DNA of 64,000 nt from Candidatus Bathyarchaeia archaeon. GTDB lineage: Archaea; Thermoproteota; Bathyarchaeia; Bathyarchaeales; Bathycorpusculaceae. The translations under genes were made by a program, and so were the position numbers. How positions within the stretch are numbered: position 1 is the stretch's first letter; every line of letters starts with the position of its first letter. The notes beneath the pieces are model-generated. The model made no database searches, had not been told where the DNA came from, and saw nothing but the letters and a program-made list of their open reading frames with translations. The stretch spans positions 160,001 through 224,000 of the forward strand of contig JAVYWL010000003.1 in the NCBI GenBank assembly GCA_038727135.1. The letters are read 5' to 3'. Shown here in pieces: positions 49,228 to 59,151 of the stretch.

Positions 49228-50172
49228 ATGTTGAAGCTGGTATCCCTCTTGGATGTTAGTGTTGGTATTTGTGCCTACAATGAAGAAAATAACATAGGCA
49301 ACTTGCTAAACAACTTGCGTAGGCAATTCATTCCAAAACCCTTCAGGATAAGCGAAATTATAGTGGTCTCGTCAGGGTCAACTGACAGGACTGACAAAAT
49401 AGTTCAAAAAATGGCGAAAGAAGACGCTAGAATAAAGCTTGTATGTGAAAAGGAGAGGAGAGGAAAAGCGCAAGCGCTAAATCTTTTCTTTGAGAAAGCG
49501 AAGGGTGAAATTCTTGTTGTAGTTTCGGCAGACACAGAGCCAAAAAACGGCTCGATTGCAAAACTGTTGGAGGCTATGAAGGACGATGTGGGCGGTGCTT
49601 GTGCGAAAACAATTCCTTACTATGGAAGGAAAACGGTGTTAAGTGTTTTCTACAACTTTTTGTGGCGAGTGCATAATAGAATGCTTTTAAAGGAGATGTT
49701 GAACGGAAACTTAAGCCACTTGGGAGGGGACATGTGGGCATTAAGAAATGAAATAATAGCAAAAATTCCACCCAATATAATTAATGACGACGCTTTTATA
49801 GGAATCACTCTCAGGAAGAAAGGATGGAAAGTTATCTTTGTCCCAGAAGCAGAAGTCTTTATAAGAAGTCCATGTACACCGCTGGAATACATAAGTCAAA
49901 GAGAACGCGTGTTAATTGGACATAAACAGATTGAAAAAACAGCTGGTGTTGTGCCCACAACAATAGGCGCCATGGCCTTTAAAAAGCCTCGCTACTCAAC
50001 AAAAATCTTGGTGGAAGAACTTAAACTCCAAAGGATTAATGACTATGTAAAGATACTTGTCGGAATATTCTTGGAGGCGGTATCCAATATTTTGGCATTA
50101 ATCAACTTGAGAAAAATGGAGTCATATTTAGTTTGGAAACAAATACGCGGTACAAAAATCCCAACAATTTAG
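49228..50172 (+). CDS. Glycosyltransferase family 2
   Basis: CAYNEE, SGSTDRT, GKAQALN, SADT, NDD, QRERV. Confidence 0.88.
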   Translation: MLKLVSLLDVSVGICAYNEENNIGNLLNNLRRQFIPKPFRISEIIVVSSGSTDRTDKIVQKMAKEDARIKLVCEKERRGKAQALNLFFEKAKGEILVVVSADTEPKNGSIAKLLEAMKDDVGGACAKTIPYYGRKTVLSVFYNFLWRVHNRMLLKEMLNGNLSHLGGDMWALRNEIIAKIPPNIINDDAFIGITLRKKGWKVIFVPEAEVFIRSPCTPLEYISQRERVLIGHKQIEKTAGVVPTTIGAMAFKKPRYSTKILVEELKLQRINDYVKILVGIFLEAVSNILALINLRKMESYLVWKQIRGTKIPTI

Positions 50173-50939
50173 GCATGATGTTTGCCGAAACTTACAGTTT
50201 TGAGGTTGCGAAACGCTGTTTTCATAACGTATAAGATGAAACTTAATATCTCATTTTTAGTTAGCTTCGACTTGCCCTTCTTCCTGTTAGTAAATGTTAT
50301 TGGAACTTCAACCACCCTAGCCCTATTAATGCTCGCCTGCCTAAGAGTCTCAATTTGAATTTCATAGGTTTGACTGTGAAGATTTGGAAGAATTTTCTGG
50401 ACGTACTCCCTCGAATAGCATCTGAAACCACTTGTGAAGTCTGTTATTGGTAAGGCTACAAGTTTTGCAGTTATTTTGTTGGCTATCTTGCTGATCGCCA
50501 GCCTTGTCATGGGCCATCCCTTAACAACTCCGCCGTTACAGTACCTGCTCCCAACAACTATGTCGCAGCCTTTTCTTGCTCGTTGTAAGAGTTTCGGTAT
50601 CTCCCTTGGGTCGTGAGAGTAGTCAGCGTCCATTGTAATTATGTATTTTGAGGGAGCGCTCTGGGCCAATATAAAGTGAAAGCCGTGGGTTATTGCTGTT
50701 CCAAGCCCAGCCTTAAAAGGGCGAGTTAACAACATTATATTTTCATATTTTCTCTGCAGTTTTTTGACAATATCCCCTGTACCGTCGGGGCTTGAGTCGT
50801 CTATGACTATTATTCTTGAGTTTATCCCTAAATTTTCAATGGTGTGTATTAGGTTTTCAATGTTTTCGGCTTCGCAGTATGTTGGTAGGAGGATTGTGAC
50901 GGAAGAATCATCACTTTCGTTCGTCCGGTTTTCTTCCAC
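50169..50939 (-). CDS. Polyprenol-phosphate mannose synthase (Dpm1-like GT2)
   Basis: PTY.E, DDSSPDGT, GLGTA, MDADYSHDP, GSRY, TSGFRCY. Confidence 0.88.
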   Translation of the reverse strand: MEENRTNESDDSSVTILLPTYCEAENIENLIHTIENLGINSRIIVIDDSSPDGTGDIVKKLQRKYENIMLLTRPFKAGLGTAITHGFHFILAQSAPSKYIITMDADYSHDPREIPKLLQRARKGCDIVVGSRYCNGGVVKGWPMTRLAISKIANKITAKLVALPITDFTSGFRCYSREYVQKILPNLHSQTYEIQIETLRQASINRARVVEVPITFTNRKKGKSKLTKNEILSFILYVMKTAFRNLKTVSFGKHHA

Positions 50940-51115
50940 CTTCTTGTCTCCTTTTATCGGCGATGTCTTCTGTCGTGGTTTCTGTGGACGTTTGCCCTTG
51001 GCAGTTATTAAAGAGTTTTTAGCGGTTCAGAATCTGAATAAAAACCAGATTAAGATCCAATAAGCTTTTTTAACACATAACCCTTTAAGTGACTTAAAAC
51101 TTATAAGGGCTAAAA

Positions 51116-52219
51116 ATGAACGAAACAGAGAAACAAACAAACCAAACAGAGTTCGAAAGGTTAAAAGAAATTGTCTGTGAGCACTTCCAGATAGAGGAGG
51201 CTCTAATCGAGCATAACATCCCCACTTTTTACCTCAAACAGCCCCAAGAGACAAAACAAGCCTTTCTAAAACTGCTTAAAAAGCTGGGGCAAACGAATTT
51301 GATGGCTTTTCTGCGGAGATCTGATGGAAGGGTTGTTCTTAGAATTTTTCCTAAGCAGCCTTCTAAGCCAAGCAGTGTCCTTGTTAACTGGCTTCTTCTT
51401 TTTGCAACGGTTGGGACAACATTTGCTGCTGGTTATCTTCAGTCAGCGGGCTTCACAGATCCGCTAATCGGCGGAGCAGCCTTTACTGTGGCTGTTATGG
51501 CTGTTCTTGGAATGCATGAAATGGGCCACAAGTTGACAGCCGATGTGGAAGGCGTAGAGGCAACACCGCCCTATTTCATCCCGGGTCCACCCCCACTTGG
51601 AACTTTTGGAGCCGTAATTATGCAGAAGTCTCTCCCGCTAAACAAGGATTCCCTCTTTGACATTGGGGCAAGCGGCCCATTATTTGGCTTCCTCGTCGCC
51701 ATTGTTGCTACAATTATCGGTTTACCATACTCATCCTACAACTGGGTTTCAGAGGGCACTCCAACCCTTCCAGCACCACTTTTCTTTAGGCTTTTTGCCG
51801 AGTTTTTGCTTCCACCAGCCCCAACAAATGGGTATAAACCCGGCTACATGTTAGTGGTAATGTTGCATCCTGTTGCCTTTGCCGGGTGGATTGGCTTCTT
51901 TGTAACAATGCTTAACTTGCTGCCGGCTGCCATGCTTGATGGTGGACATGTTGCGAGGTCGCTTTTCAGCGAAAGGATTAGAAGCATATTGACCATGCTT
52001 TCCATAATTTTTCTTGTTTTTGTAAGCTGGCCTATGGCTATTTTTGTTCTGTTTATGTCTATGTTTAGGCATCCGGGTCCCTTGGACGATGTTTCCGACT
52101 TGTCAAGAAGCAGGAAAATCTTTCTTGGAGTTTTGGTGGTGATTTTTATTCTCTCCTCACCTTTATATGACCTATTTTATTCCTTGGTTAACTTCCTAAG
52201 GTGGCTTTTTGGAGCTTGA
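51116..52219 (+). CDS. Site-2 protease (M50) family metalloprotease
   Basis: HEMGH, GTFGAVI, ASGP, NLLP...LDGGH. Confidence 0.9.
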   Translation: MNETEKQTNQTEFERLKEIVCEHFQIEEALIEHNIPTFYLKQPQETKQAFLKLLKKLGQTNLMAFLRRSDGRVVLRIFPKQPSKPSSVLVNWLLLFATVGTTFAAGYLQSAGFTDPLIGGAAFTVAVMAVLGMHEMGHKLTADVEGVEATPPYFIPGPPPLGTFGAVIMQKSLPLNKDSLFDIGASGPLFGFLVAIVATIIGLPYSSYNWVSEGTPTLPAPLFFRLFAEFLLPPAPTNGYKPGYMLVVMLHPVAFAGWIGFFVTMLNLLPAAMLDGGHVARSLFSERIRSILTMLSIIFLVFVSWPMAIFVLFMSMFRHPGPLDDVSDLSRSRKIFLGVLVVIFILSSPLYDLFYSLVNFLRWLFGA

Positions 52220-52300
52220 TACCTTAAAAGGTGTATTTGTGTTCGGCAATTCTACAGCAATGTTTATTAAATGTTAAGATGCCAGATAAAACTTGAGAAA

Positions 52301-52525
52301 ATGAAGGGCGCACCAATCTTAGTGGTCTTCTTCCTAATGTTCTTAGCAGCCTCGCTTTTAATTCCCTCACCCATATTCCCTGGAAACTTCTTGTGCGCCT
52401 TATTTGGGAAAATTGCTGAGGAATACCAAAAGTTTGTGAGCGCCATTTTCAATGGAATCTTTTACGGGACAATATTGTGGCTTGTTTTTGTAGCTGTGTG
52501 CCGAAAATTTGAGAAAGAAAAGTAA
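52301..52525 (+). CDS. Small two-TM membrane protein
   Basis: Two hydrophobic helices; fills the gap between neighbouring genes. Confidence 0.55.
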   Translation: MKGAPILVVFFLMFLAASLLIPSPIFPGNFLCALFGKIAEEYQKFVSAIFNGIFYGTILWLVFVAVCRKFEKEK

Positions 52526-52536
52526 GTCTAACGCCT

Positions 52537-52788
52537 TTAGCCTTCAATGGGTTGTTGTAGGAAGCCAACTAGCCTTATGGTACTTCCGCATTTGTTGCAG
52601 CGGAGAATTAGCTCGGCCAAGTCGTCTCCCTTAACTTTTGTTTCAACAATCTGGTAGACCTCTTCAGTTTCGTCGTCTGGTGATATTATGACTCCGCAAC
52701 TTGGGCATGGGAAAGCGCCGTCTCCATCAATTTTTGTCAAGTCGACCGTGTACGTTTCACTCTTTTTTATTGCGGCTTTTTTCATCAT
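52537..52788 (-). CDS. Small zinc-ribbon protein
   Basis: CPSCG...ISPDDE...CNKCG. Confidence 0.7.
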   Translation of the reverse strand: MMKKAAIKKSETYTVDLTKIDGDGAFPCPSCGVIISPDDETEEVYQIVETKVKGDDLAELILRCNKCGSTIRLVGFLQQPIEG

Positions 52789-52887
52789 TTAACTGCGCCT
52801 TCTTTTATCTTGACGTTTCCACGTCTGCTCAAAATATAATTAACAATTATGAATCAGAAATCCATATTCCAGCTAAACTTTGCAATT

Positions 52888-53886
52888 TTATGGAGAGGGT
52901 ATTCCAGCAACTTTTGGAAACGGAACAGCGTCCCATATGTTTTCAAGACCACAGATAAACCTTGTAAGTCTTTCAACACCTATCCCAAAACCTGCTGAAG
53001 GAGGAATTCCAACCCTTAACATGTCTAAATACCACTCGTAATCGGCGGGATTTTCGCCGCTTTTCAGCATTCTCTCCAAAAGCTTGCCGTACCGGTGCTC
53101 CCTTTTTCCGCCTGAAATCGCCTCGCCGAAACCTCCGGGATATATTAGGTCAAAATCTTCTAGAACGCCTGGTTCTTCCTCTTTTTCCATGTAGTAGAAG
53201 CTTCTCGCCGTAGTTGGAAAGTTTGTTATCCAGAAGGGTTCGCTGTGCATTTTTGATATGGCTTCTTCTGCTTCCCATGAAATTTCTTTGCCATACTCCA
53301 CATTTACTCCCGCATTATTGAGAATTTCAAGAGCCTCTTTGTACGTGTACCTTTTTAAGGGCAATTTTGGCACCTTTAGCGTTTTTACGCGTTCTCCAAG
53401 CTCTTCGTGGCACTTGTTTTTGACTTCGGCTATTACGTGGCAGAGCATTCTCTCGCCAAGCTCCATAACATCTTCGCACGTGGCATATGCCACTTCAAGG
53501 TCTATTTGCCTAAACTCTGTTAGGTGGCGACGCGTTCTAACAGTTTCTAATGGCTCTAATCGAATGTTTGGTGATAGGGCAAAAACCTTTGGCAAAGCCG
53601 TGATAATCATTTGTTTGTATAGTATCATGCTGCTCATGACTTTGAAGGGAAAACCATAATAGTCTATGATGGCTTGCTTTGCCCCTCTAATGCCGGGGTC
53701 TGTTGCAGGTCCGATTATGGGAGCTAAAATTTCGATGAAGCCATCATTTTTTAGGAAAGCCCGAATTGAGGATATTATCTCATCCTGAACTTTGAAAATT
53801 CTTGCTAGCCCGTTTTCTCTTAACGTTATGTATCTTTTCTTTAGGCTTTCGGATAAATCGCTGCTCATGAGATTGAAAAATGACAA
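52888..53886 (-). CDS. AsnRS-like asparagine synthetase (archaeal AS-AR, catalytic domain only)
   Basis: Class IIb aaRS motifs (SPNIRLE, RHLTEF, GEAISG, GFGIGVERL) with no OB-fold anticodon-binding domain. Confidence 0.88.
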   Translation of the reverse strand: MSFFNLMSSDLSESLKKRYITLRENGLARIFKVQDEIISSIRAFLKNDGFIEILAPIIGPATDPGIRGAKQAIIDYYGFPFKVMSSMILYKQMIITALPKVFALSPNIRLEPLETVRTRRHLTEFRQIDLEVAYATCEDVMELGERMLCHVIAEVKNKCHEELGERVKTLKVPKLPLKRYTYKEALEILNNAGVNVEYGKEISWEAEEAISKMHSEPFWITNFPTTARSFYYMEKEEEPGVLEDFDLIYPGGFGEAISGGKREHRYGKLLERMLKSGENPADYEWYLDMLRVGIPPSAGFGIGVERLTRFICGLENIWDAVPFPKVAGIPSP

Positions 53887-53972
53887 CTTATATTTTTAAA
53901 TTTTTTATTGAAAATTCTGTATTTTTATCAAATGGTAACCTTTTTATGCTTAAATATATGTAATTTTTACAC

Positions 53973-54482
53973 ATGAACCTAAAACTGGACGAAAAGGATT
54001 TGGCAATATTAGACTTGCTACAGAAAAACTGCAAGATGACAGCAAAGGAAATAGCCAGAAAAATAAACTCTCCCATAACAACTGTTTTCGCAAAAATAAA
54101 GAGGATGGAACAGCAAGGAATAATTAAAGAGTACAGAGCCATCCTAGACCATAGAAAACTGGATTTTGGCGTAACAGCTTTCATATTGGCATCCTTCTCC
54201 TACAGAACCAACAGGGAGGAAGCACCACTTTCTCAGAGGGCTATAGCCGAGCAAATATCAAAGTTTCCAGAGGTTCAAGAAGTGCACATAATATCTGGCG
54301 ATTGGGACATCCTTATCAAAGTTAAGGACAAAAATGTGGACTCAGTTGGAAGGTTTGTGATAGACAAGTTGAGAACCGTGAAGGGCATAGAAAAGACATT
54401 AACCTGCATAGTGTTTGACACGCCAAAAGAGACAACAACCATACCTATTCCGGTGTCTTCGAAAGTATTTCAACGCAAATAA
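53973..54482 (+). CDS. Lrp/AsnC family transcriptional regulator
   Basis: LDEKDLAIL...IA...GII HTH and a ISGDWD RAM domain. Confidence 0.9.
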   Translation: MNLKLDEKDLAILDLLQKNCKMTAKEIARKINSPITTVFAKIKRMEQQGIIKEYRAILDHRKLDFGVTAFILASFSYRTNREEAPLSQRAIAEQISKFPEVQEVHIISGDWDILIKVKDKNVDSVGRFVIDKLRTVKGIEKTLTCIVFDTPKETTTIPIPVSSKVFQRK

Positions 54483-54571
54483 TGTTAGAGAATTTCCTTT
54501 GGACAGCTTTCAATATTATTTATAAAGGATTCGTTACAGAGAGTATGAAAAAGGCGAAGCGAGGTAAGCTC

Positions 54572-55930
54572 ATGAAATTTGACGTTATAGTTGTGGGCGC
54601 CGGAACAGCTGGATGCTTAGCGGCAAAAACGGCCGCTGAGAAAGGCTTGAAGGCTTGTTTGGTTGAGCGGAAGGCTCAGAAGGAGATTGGCGAGAAAGTT
54701 TGTGGGGACGCCCTTGGAGAGCACCACTTAAAGAATGTTGGTTTAGGGTCTCCCCAGCACGGTGAGTTGGAAAGGCGAATAGAGGGTGTTAAAATATACT
54801 CGCCGGACTTGGAAACTGTTTTTACTGTTAGGCATGAGGATTTTTCAGGCTACTTATTGAATAGGCGGCTTTTTGGGCAGTGGCTTTTAAGAATGGCGCT
54901 GGACAAGGGTGCCGTCTTGTTTGATTCAACCCAATGTTTAGAGCCCATTATTGAAAAGGGCTTTGTAACTGGCGTTTTGGCTAAAAACATGAGGACTGGC
55001 GAAAAGGTTCGTTTTGAAAGTAAAGCTGTTGTGGATGCAAGCGGCTTTCTTGCTGTTATTAGGCGGAAGCTTCCAGATGAAATGGGGATTGAAAGGGAGA
55101 TAGCCAACGAGGATGTGGAGGCTTGTTATAGGGAGATTAGACAGCTTAAACAGGAGGTTGAGGGCAAAAATTACTGTGAGATATATTTAAACCAGAATGT
55201 GACCCCGGGCGGCTACACGTGGATTTTCTATAAGGGCGGTGCAAAAGTTAACGCTGGGCTTGGAGTCTGCATGCGGGATAAGTTTCCAAATCCAAAAGGG
55301 CAGTTTTACAAGCACGTCCTAGCCAATCCATTGTTTGATGGTTCGCTGTTGCTTGACGGCGGGGCATGGTACGACCCGACGAGGAGACCATTAGACAACA
55401 TGGTTGGAAACGGCGTAATAATCATCGGAGACGCCGCGTGCCTCGTGAACCCCATACATGGAGGCGGAATCGGACCATCAATGATAAGCGGATACTTGGC
55501 TGGAAAAACCATAGCTGAGGCTTTGGAGAAAGGCGATGTAAGCCAAGAAGCCCTATGGCAGCACAACGTTAGGTACATGGAAAGCTATGGAACAAAGCAG
55601 GCTGCACTAGACGTTTTTAGACTCTTGCTGTTAAAATGCAGCAACGAAGACCTAAACTATGGCATGAAGTATAAGCTGTTGACTGAGGAGGATGTTTTAA
55701 AGGCTGGTTTAGGCGAGGACTTCCACCTAAACATAACTGAAACTGCAAAGCGGGTCTTCAGAGGCATAAAGCGCATCCACTTTCTAAACAAGTTGCGGGT
55801 CACAGTCAACCTAATGAACAGGGTTAAGGCTCATTATCGGAACTATCCAAAAACCCCTAAAGACTTTGAAAAGTGGCGGCTTAAAACCGAGGCGCTGTTT
55901 AAAGAGGCAAAGTCAAAGCTTATGGGATAA
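54572..55930 (+). CDS. Digeranylgeranylglycerophospholipid (geranylgeranyl) reductase
   Basis: VVGAGTAG, KVCGD, PGGYTWIF, GDAA...NPIHGGG; start at ATG 54572 after GAGGT. Confidence 0.88.
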   Translation: MKFDVIVVGAGTAGCLAAKTAAEKGLKACLVERKAQKEIGEKVCGDALGEHHLKNVGLGSPQHGELERRIEGVKIYSPDLETVFTVRHEDFSGYLLNRRLFGQWLLRMALDKGAVLFDSTQCLEPIIEKGFVTGVLAKNMRTGEKVRFESKAVVDASGFLAVIRRKLPDEMGIEREIANEDVEACYREIRQLKQEVEGKNYCEIYLNQNVTPGGYTWIFYKGGAKVNAGLGVCMRDKFPNPKGQFYKHVLANPLFDGSLLLDGGAWYDPTRRPLDNMVGNGVIIIGDAACLVNPIHGGGIGPSMISGYLAGKTIAEALEKGDVSQEALWQHNVRYMESYGTKQAALDVFRLLLLKCSNEDLNYGMKYKLLTEEDVLKAGLGEDFHLNITETAKRVFRGIKRIHFLNKLRVTVNLMNRVKAHYRNYPKTPKDFEKWRLKTEALFKEAKSKLMG

Positions 55931-56616
55931 TGCGGCACATGAGGGTTGCAGTTTTAGCCACAGGCGGGAAAGACTCCACCCTCGCCCTTTACAGAGTTTT
56001 ACGTTTGGGCTACGATGTGAAGTATTTGGTTAGCATGATCCCGCTGAGGGAGGACAGTTGGATGTTCCACTACCCAAACATCCACTTAATGGACTTGTTC
56101 GCGGAAGCTGTTGGAATTCCACTCGTTAAAGGCGAAACATCTGGGGTAAAAGAGGCTGAAGTTGAGGATTTAAAGCGTTTAGTGGCGGGACTTAACGTGG
56201 ATGGAATTGTTTCCGGGGCTATAGCCTCAAACTATCAGAAGGCAAGAATAGAGGAAATCTGCAAGCAGTTGAAGCTCAAGTGTTTAACGCCCCTTTGGCA
56301 TGAAAACCCAGCCAGCATTCTAAAGGAGATTTTAGACCTCAATTTTGAGGTTATAATAACCGGTGTTTATGCCTATGGCTTTTCAAAAGAGTGGCTTGGA
56401 AGAAAACTTGACGCGGAAGCCTTCAATGCGTTGGTTGAGCTGAACAAACATTTCGGCGTTTCCCTTGTGGGAGAAGGAGGCGAGTATGAAACCCTCGTGC
56501 TTGACGCCCCGTTTTTCAAGAAGAGGCTGAAAATTGTTGAGGCTGAAAAAGTTTGGAGGAGACAAGGCGGCTACCTCCTAGTTAAAAAGGCTATGTTAGA
56601 GGCAAAGACCAAATAG
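55930..56616 (+). CDS. dph6: Diphthine--ammonia ligase (PP-loop)
   Basis: TGGKDS, SWMFH, GAIASNYQ, PLW, GEGGEYETLV. Confidence 0.88.
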   Translation: MRHMRVAVLATGGKDSTLALYRVLRLGYDVKYLVSMIPLREDSWMFHYPNIHLMDLFAEAVGIPLVKGETSGVKEAEVEDLKRLVAGLNVDGIVSGAIASNYQKARIEEICKQLKLKCLTPLWHENPASILKEILDLNFEVIITGVYAYGFSKEWLGRKLDAEAFNALVELNKHFGVSLVGEGGEYETLVLDAPFFKKRLKIVEAEKVWRRQGGYLLVKKAMLEAKTK

Positions 56617-56658
56617 CCTTGTTGGAAAAGTTTATTTTGTTGGTTGGGGAATCATTGA

Positions 56659-56731
56659 GAGCCGGTGGCGGATGAGAATCCGCTGGGATGTAACCGAATG
56701 GTTGAACCATAAACTATAGTGAGGTGAAAAT
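56659..56731 (+). promoter_or_regulatory. Structured 5' leader of rpl15e (candidate r-protein leader) downstream of a BRE/TATA element
   Basis: GAAAAGTTTATT at ~56625-56636; hairpins GGCGGAT-GAGA-ATCCGCT (56667-56684) and TAACC-GAAT-GGTTG (56691-56704). Confidence 0.5.
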
Positions 56732-57307
56732 TTGGCGTATAAATACATTGCAGAGGCTTGGAAAAAGCCAGAAGAATCCTTCGTTGAAGAGTTGATGCGG
56801 CAGAGGCTAATAGAGTGGAGAAAAGAACCCGCAATAGTCCGCGTGGAAAAACCAACACGCCTAGACAGGGCTAGGAAGCTTGGTTATAAGGCGAAGCAAG
56901 GTTTCATAATTGTCCGTGTCCGCGTTAGACGAGGTGGACTGCGAAAACAGCGTCCACGGTCAGGTAGAAGACCGAAAAGGATGGGTGTTAGAAAGTATAA
57001 GCCTGCTAAAAGCTTGAGGCTTATAGCCGAGGAGCGGGCTGCAAGAAAGTTTCCAAACCTTGAAGTTTTAAACTCCTACTGGGTTGGCGAAGACGGACGC
57101 TTCAAATGGTTTGAAGTCATAATGGTTGACCCCCACCACCCCGCTATTAAGGCGGACAAGGACATAAACTGGATATGCCAAAAACAGCATAAGAGAAGAG
57201 TTTTCAGAGGATTAACAAGCGCAGGCAAAAAAGTTAGAGGCTTAAGGAAAAAGGGACGCGGGGCTGAAAAGGCTAGACCAAGCCGAAAGGCAGCAACGGG
57301 AGACTAG
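56732..57307 (+). CDS. rpl15e: 50S ribosomal protein eL15
   Basis: [40 protein letters not shown]. Confidence 0.97.
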   Translation: MAYKYIAEAWKKPEESFVEELMRQRLIEWRKEPAIVRVEKPTRLDRARKLGYKAKQGFIIVRVRVRRGGLRKQRPRSGRRPKRMGVRKYKPAKSLRLIAEERAARKFPNLEVLNSYWVGEDGRFKWFEVIMVDPHHPAIKADKDINWICQKQHKRRVFRGLTSAGKKVRGLRKKGRGAEKARPSRKAATGD

Positions 57308-57313
57308 CCCGCC

Positions 57314-57601
57314 ATGGCTCAAGTAAAACCACTCGTTTTCAAAAAGGGTGGAAAACAACGCTTAGGGAAGGGCTTCAGCCTTGGAGAGCTGAAAGAGGTT
57401 AAATTAAGCCTAAAACAAGCCTTGAAGCTTGGCATCTCCGTTGACTCTCGAAGGAAAACGATCCACGAGGGCAACGTCAAATCTTTAAAAGAGTTTCTAG
57501 CAACTATCATGAAGCCTAAGAAGGTTTCCAAGGCAGCCGCAGAGAAAAAGAGGGTAAAAGCTAAAAGCGGAAAAGGGAAGAAGGGTAGCAAGCAGCAGTG
57601 A
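57314..57601 (+). CDS. rpl13e: 50S ribosomal protein eL13
   Basis: RLGKGFSLGEL...LGISVDSRRK. Confidence 0.88.
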   Translation: MAQVKPLVFKKGGKQRLGKGFSLGELKEVKLSLKQALKLGISVDSRRKTIHEGNVKSLKEFLATIMKPKKVSKAAAEKKRVKAKSGKGKKGSKQQ

Positions 57602-57608
57602 TGAGGTT

Positions 57609-58055
57609 TTGTCTTCTAAGGTTCCCGTAACCCATATTGATTTAAGGGTGTTTGCCCACGCAACAGAGGATGAAGAGAAAGTTCTGTCCGCAGTGCGCAA
57701 TACACTTCCGCCGCAGGTTTCTGAAAACATCACCTTTAAAAAGTCAAATTTGAGTGGGCACCATGGGAACCCAATAACGCTTTTTGAAGCTAAGATTAAG
57801 GAAAGAGACCATGTTAAGGCTTTTCTTGAAAAGCTTGCTTCCAGCCTGAGCATTTTAGATAAGGAGCTTTTGGGCGGTGAAATTGAACAGCACATTGAAG
57901 GAGGCTGCCTTTACATAAGGCTTGATAAGCAAGCGGCTTACTTAAACGAGTTTAAGCTCGGCACGACAGACCCCATACACTTCAAAATTCACTTCAAAAA
58001 ATCCGGCATGAAAGAAATTGTCGACATGTGCAGAAGCCTTGGGATAATTCCATGA
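57609..58055 (+). CDS. Predicted exosome-associated RNA-binding protein
   Basis: HATEDEEKV, GHHGNPI, YIRLDKQ; conserved archaeal operon context. Confidence 0.82.
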   Translation: MSSKVPVTHIDLRVFAHATEDEEKVLSAVRNTLPPQVSENITFKKSNLSGHHGNPITLFEAKIKERDHVKAFLEKLASSLSILDKELLGGEIEQHIEGGCLYIRLDKQAAYLNEFKLGTTDPIHFKIHFKKSGMKEIVDMCRSLGIIP

Positions 58056-58795
58056 GGAGAATTTTCGCCGACCTCCACCTACAGCCAGACCTAAGCGACA
58101 CAGAACAGACAAGGCAAATGATAGCAAAGGCTTCAGAGTTGGGCTACCGCCTAATAGCTATTCCGACGCCACTTTCGCCAAGCCTTGCGGAAAAGCATGT
58201 TAAACAGCTAAGAGGCTTGTGCCAAGAAAAAGCCCTAGATTATGCTTCACGCCTAAACTTAAAGCCGAAAACACCAAAAGAGCTTCTCCAACTTTTGAGG
58301 CGGTTCCGCCGAAAATATGAGATAATAGCCGTAATGTGCGATTCAAAAGCTGTTGCAAGGCAAGCAGCAAAAGACCATAGGGTGGACATCCTAAACTTTC
58401 CATCAACAGACCCTCATAGAAGATTTTTTGACAAGGCGGAGGCGGAGCTAGCCTCGAACAGTCAAGCTTCACTAGAAATTGACATGAAACCCTTGCTTGT
58501 TTTAAAAGGTCCAGCCAGAATAAAGCTTCTGTCAACTTTAAGGAGGGAAGCAGCCATAGCCAAAGACTTTCGCGTGCCAATTGTGGTTTCAAGCGGTGCA
58601 ACAAGCGAGCTTCTTATGAGAAAACCCATTGAAATGGCTGCTCTGGCAACCCTTTTTGATATGGACAAACCATCAGCTTTAGACGCCGTTTCAAAAAATC
58701 CTTTAGCAATCGTTAAGAGAAACCGCGAAAAACTCAGCCCCCGCTTTGTCGCGCCGGGAATACGCATAATAAGGATGGGAAACGATTGCCAATAA
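58052..58795 (+). CDS. rnp3: RNase P subunit Rpp30
   Basis: DLH, VDIL, VSSGA, NP, PGIRII; ATGA overlap with the upstream gene. Confidence 0.88.
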   Translation: MRRIFADLHLQPDLSDTEQTRQMIAKASELGYRLIAIPTPLSPSLAEKHVKQLRGLCQEKALDYASRLNLKPKTPKELLQLLRRFRRKYEIIAVMCDSKAVARQAAKDHRVDILNFPSTDPHRRFFDKAEAELASNSQASLEIDMKPLLVLKGPARIKLLSTLRREAAIAKDFRVPIVVSSGATSELLMRKPIEMAALATLFDMDKPSALDAVSKNPLAIVKRNREKLSPRFVAPGIRIIRMGNDCQ

Positions 58796-59103
58796 AAACG
58801 AGGCGCCGCTACCTAACTTTAAAAATAGAATCTGCGGAGAAGTTTGAGGCGAAAGAGCTTCTCGATGCCTTATGGGGTGCCATTTTAAAGCTTTTTGGAG
58901 AATATGGCGCGAGCAAAACAGGGTTAACACTGATAGATTACGATTTGGAAAAGGGACTTGCCATAATCCGCGTAGCTCACACGGAAGTCGAAAAAGTTAG
59001 AGCCGCAATAGCCACCCTAACTGAAATAAACACTAAACCATCAGCAATCCACGTCCTAACAGTTTCTGGAACCTTGAAAGCCCTCCACAAAAAGTTAGAA
59101 TAG
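58786..59103 (+). CDS. rnp2: RNase P subunit Pop5
   Basis: RRRYL, LFGEYGAS, IIRV, VSGTLK. Confidence 0.88.
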   Translation: MPIKTRRRYLTLKIESAEKFEAKELLDALWGAILKLFGEYGASKTGLTLIDYDLEKGLAIIRVAHTEVEKVRAAIATLTEINTKPSAIHVLTVSGTLKALHKKLE

Positions 59104-59151
59104 GTCATCAACAGCAATTTGTTTAAAAGGCTGAAAGTTTATTGTAACCTG

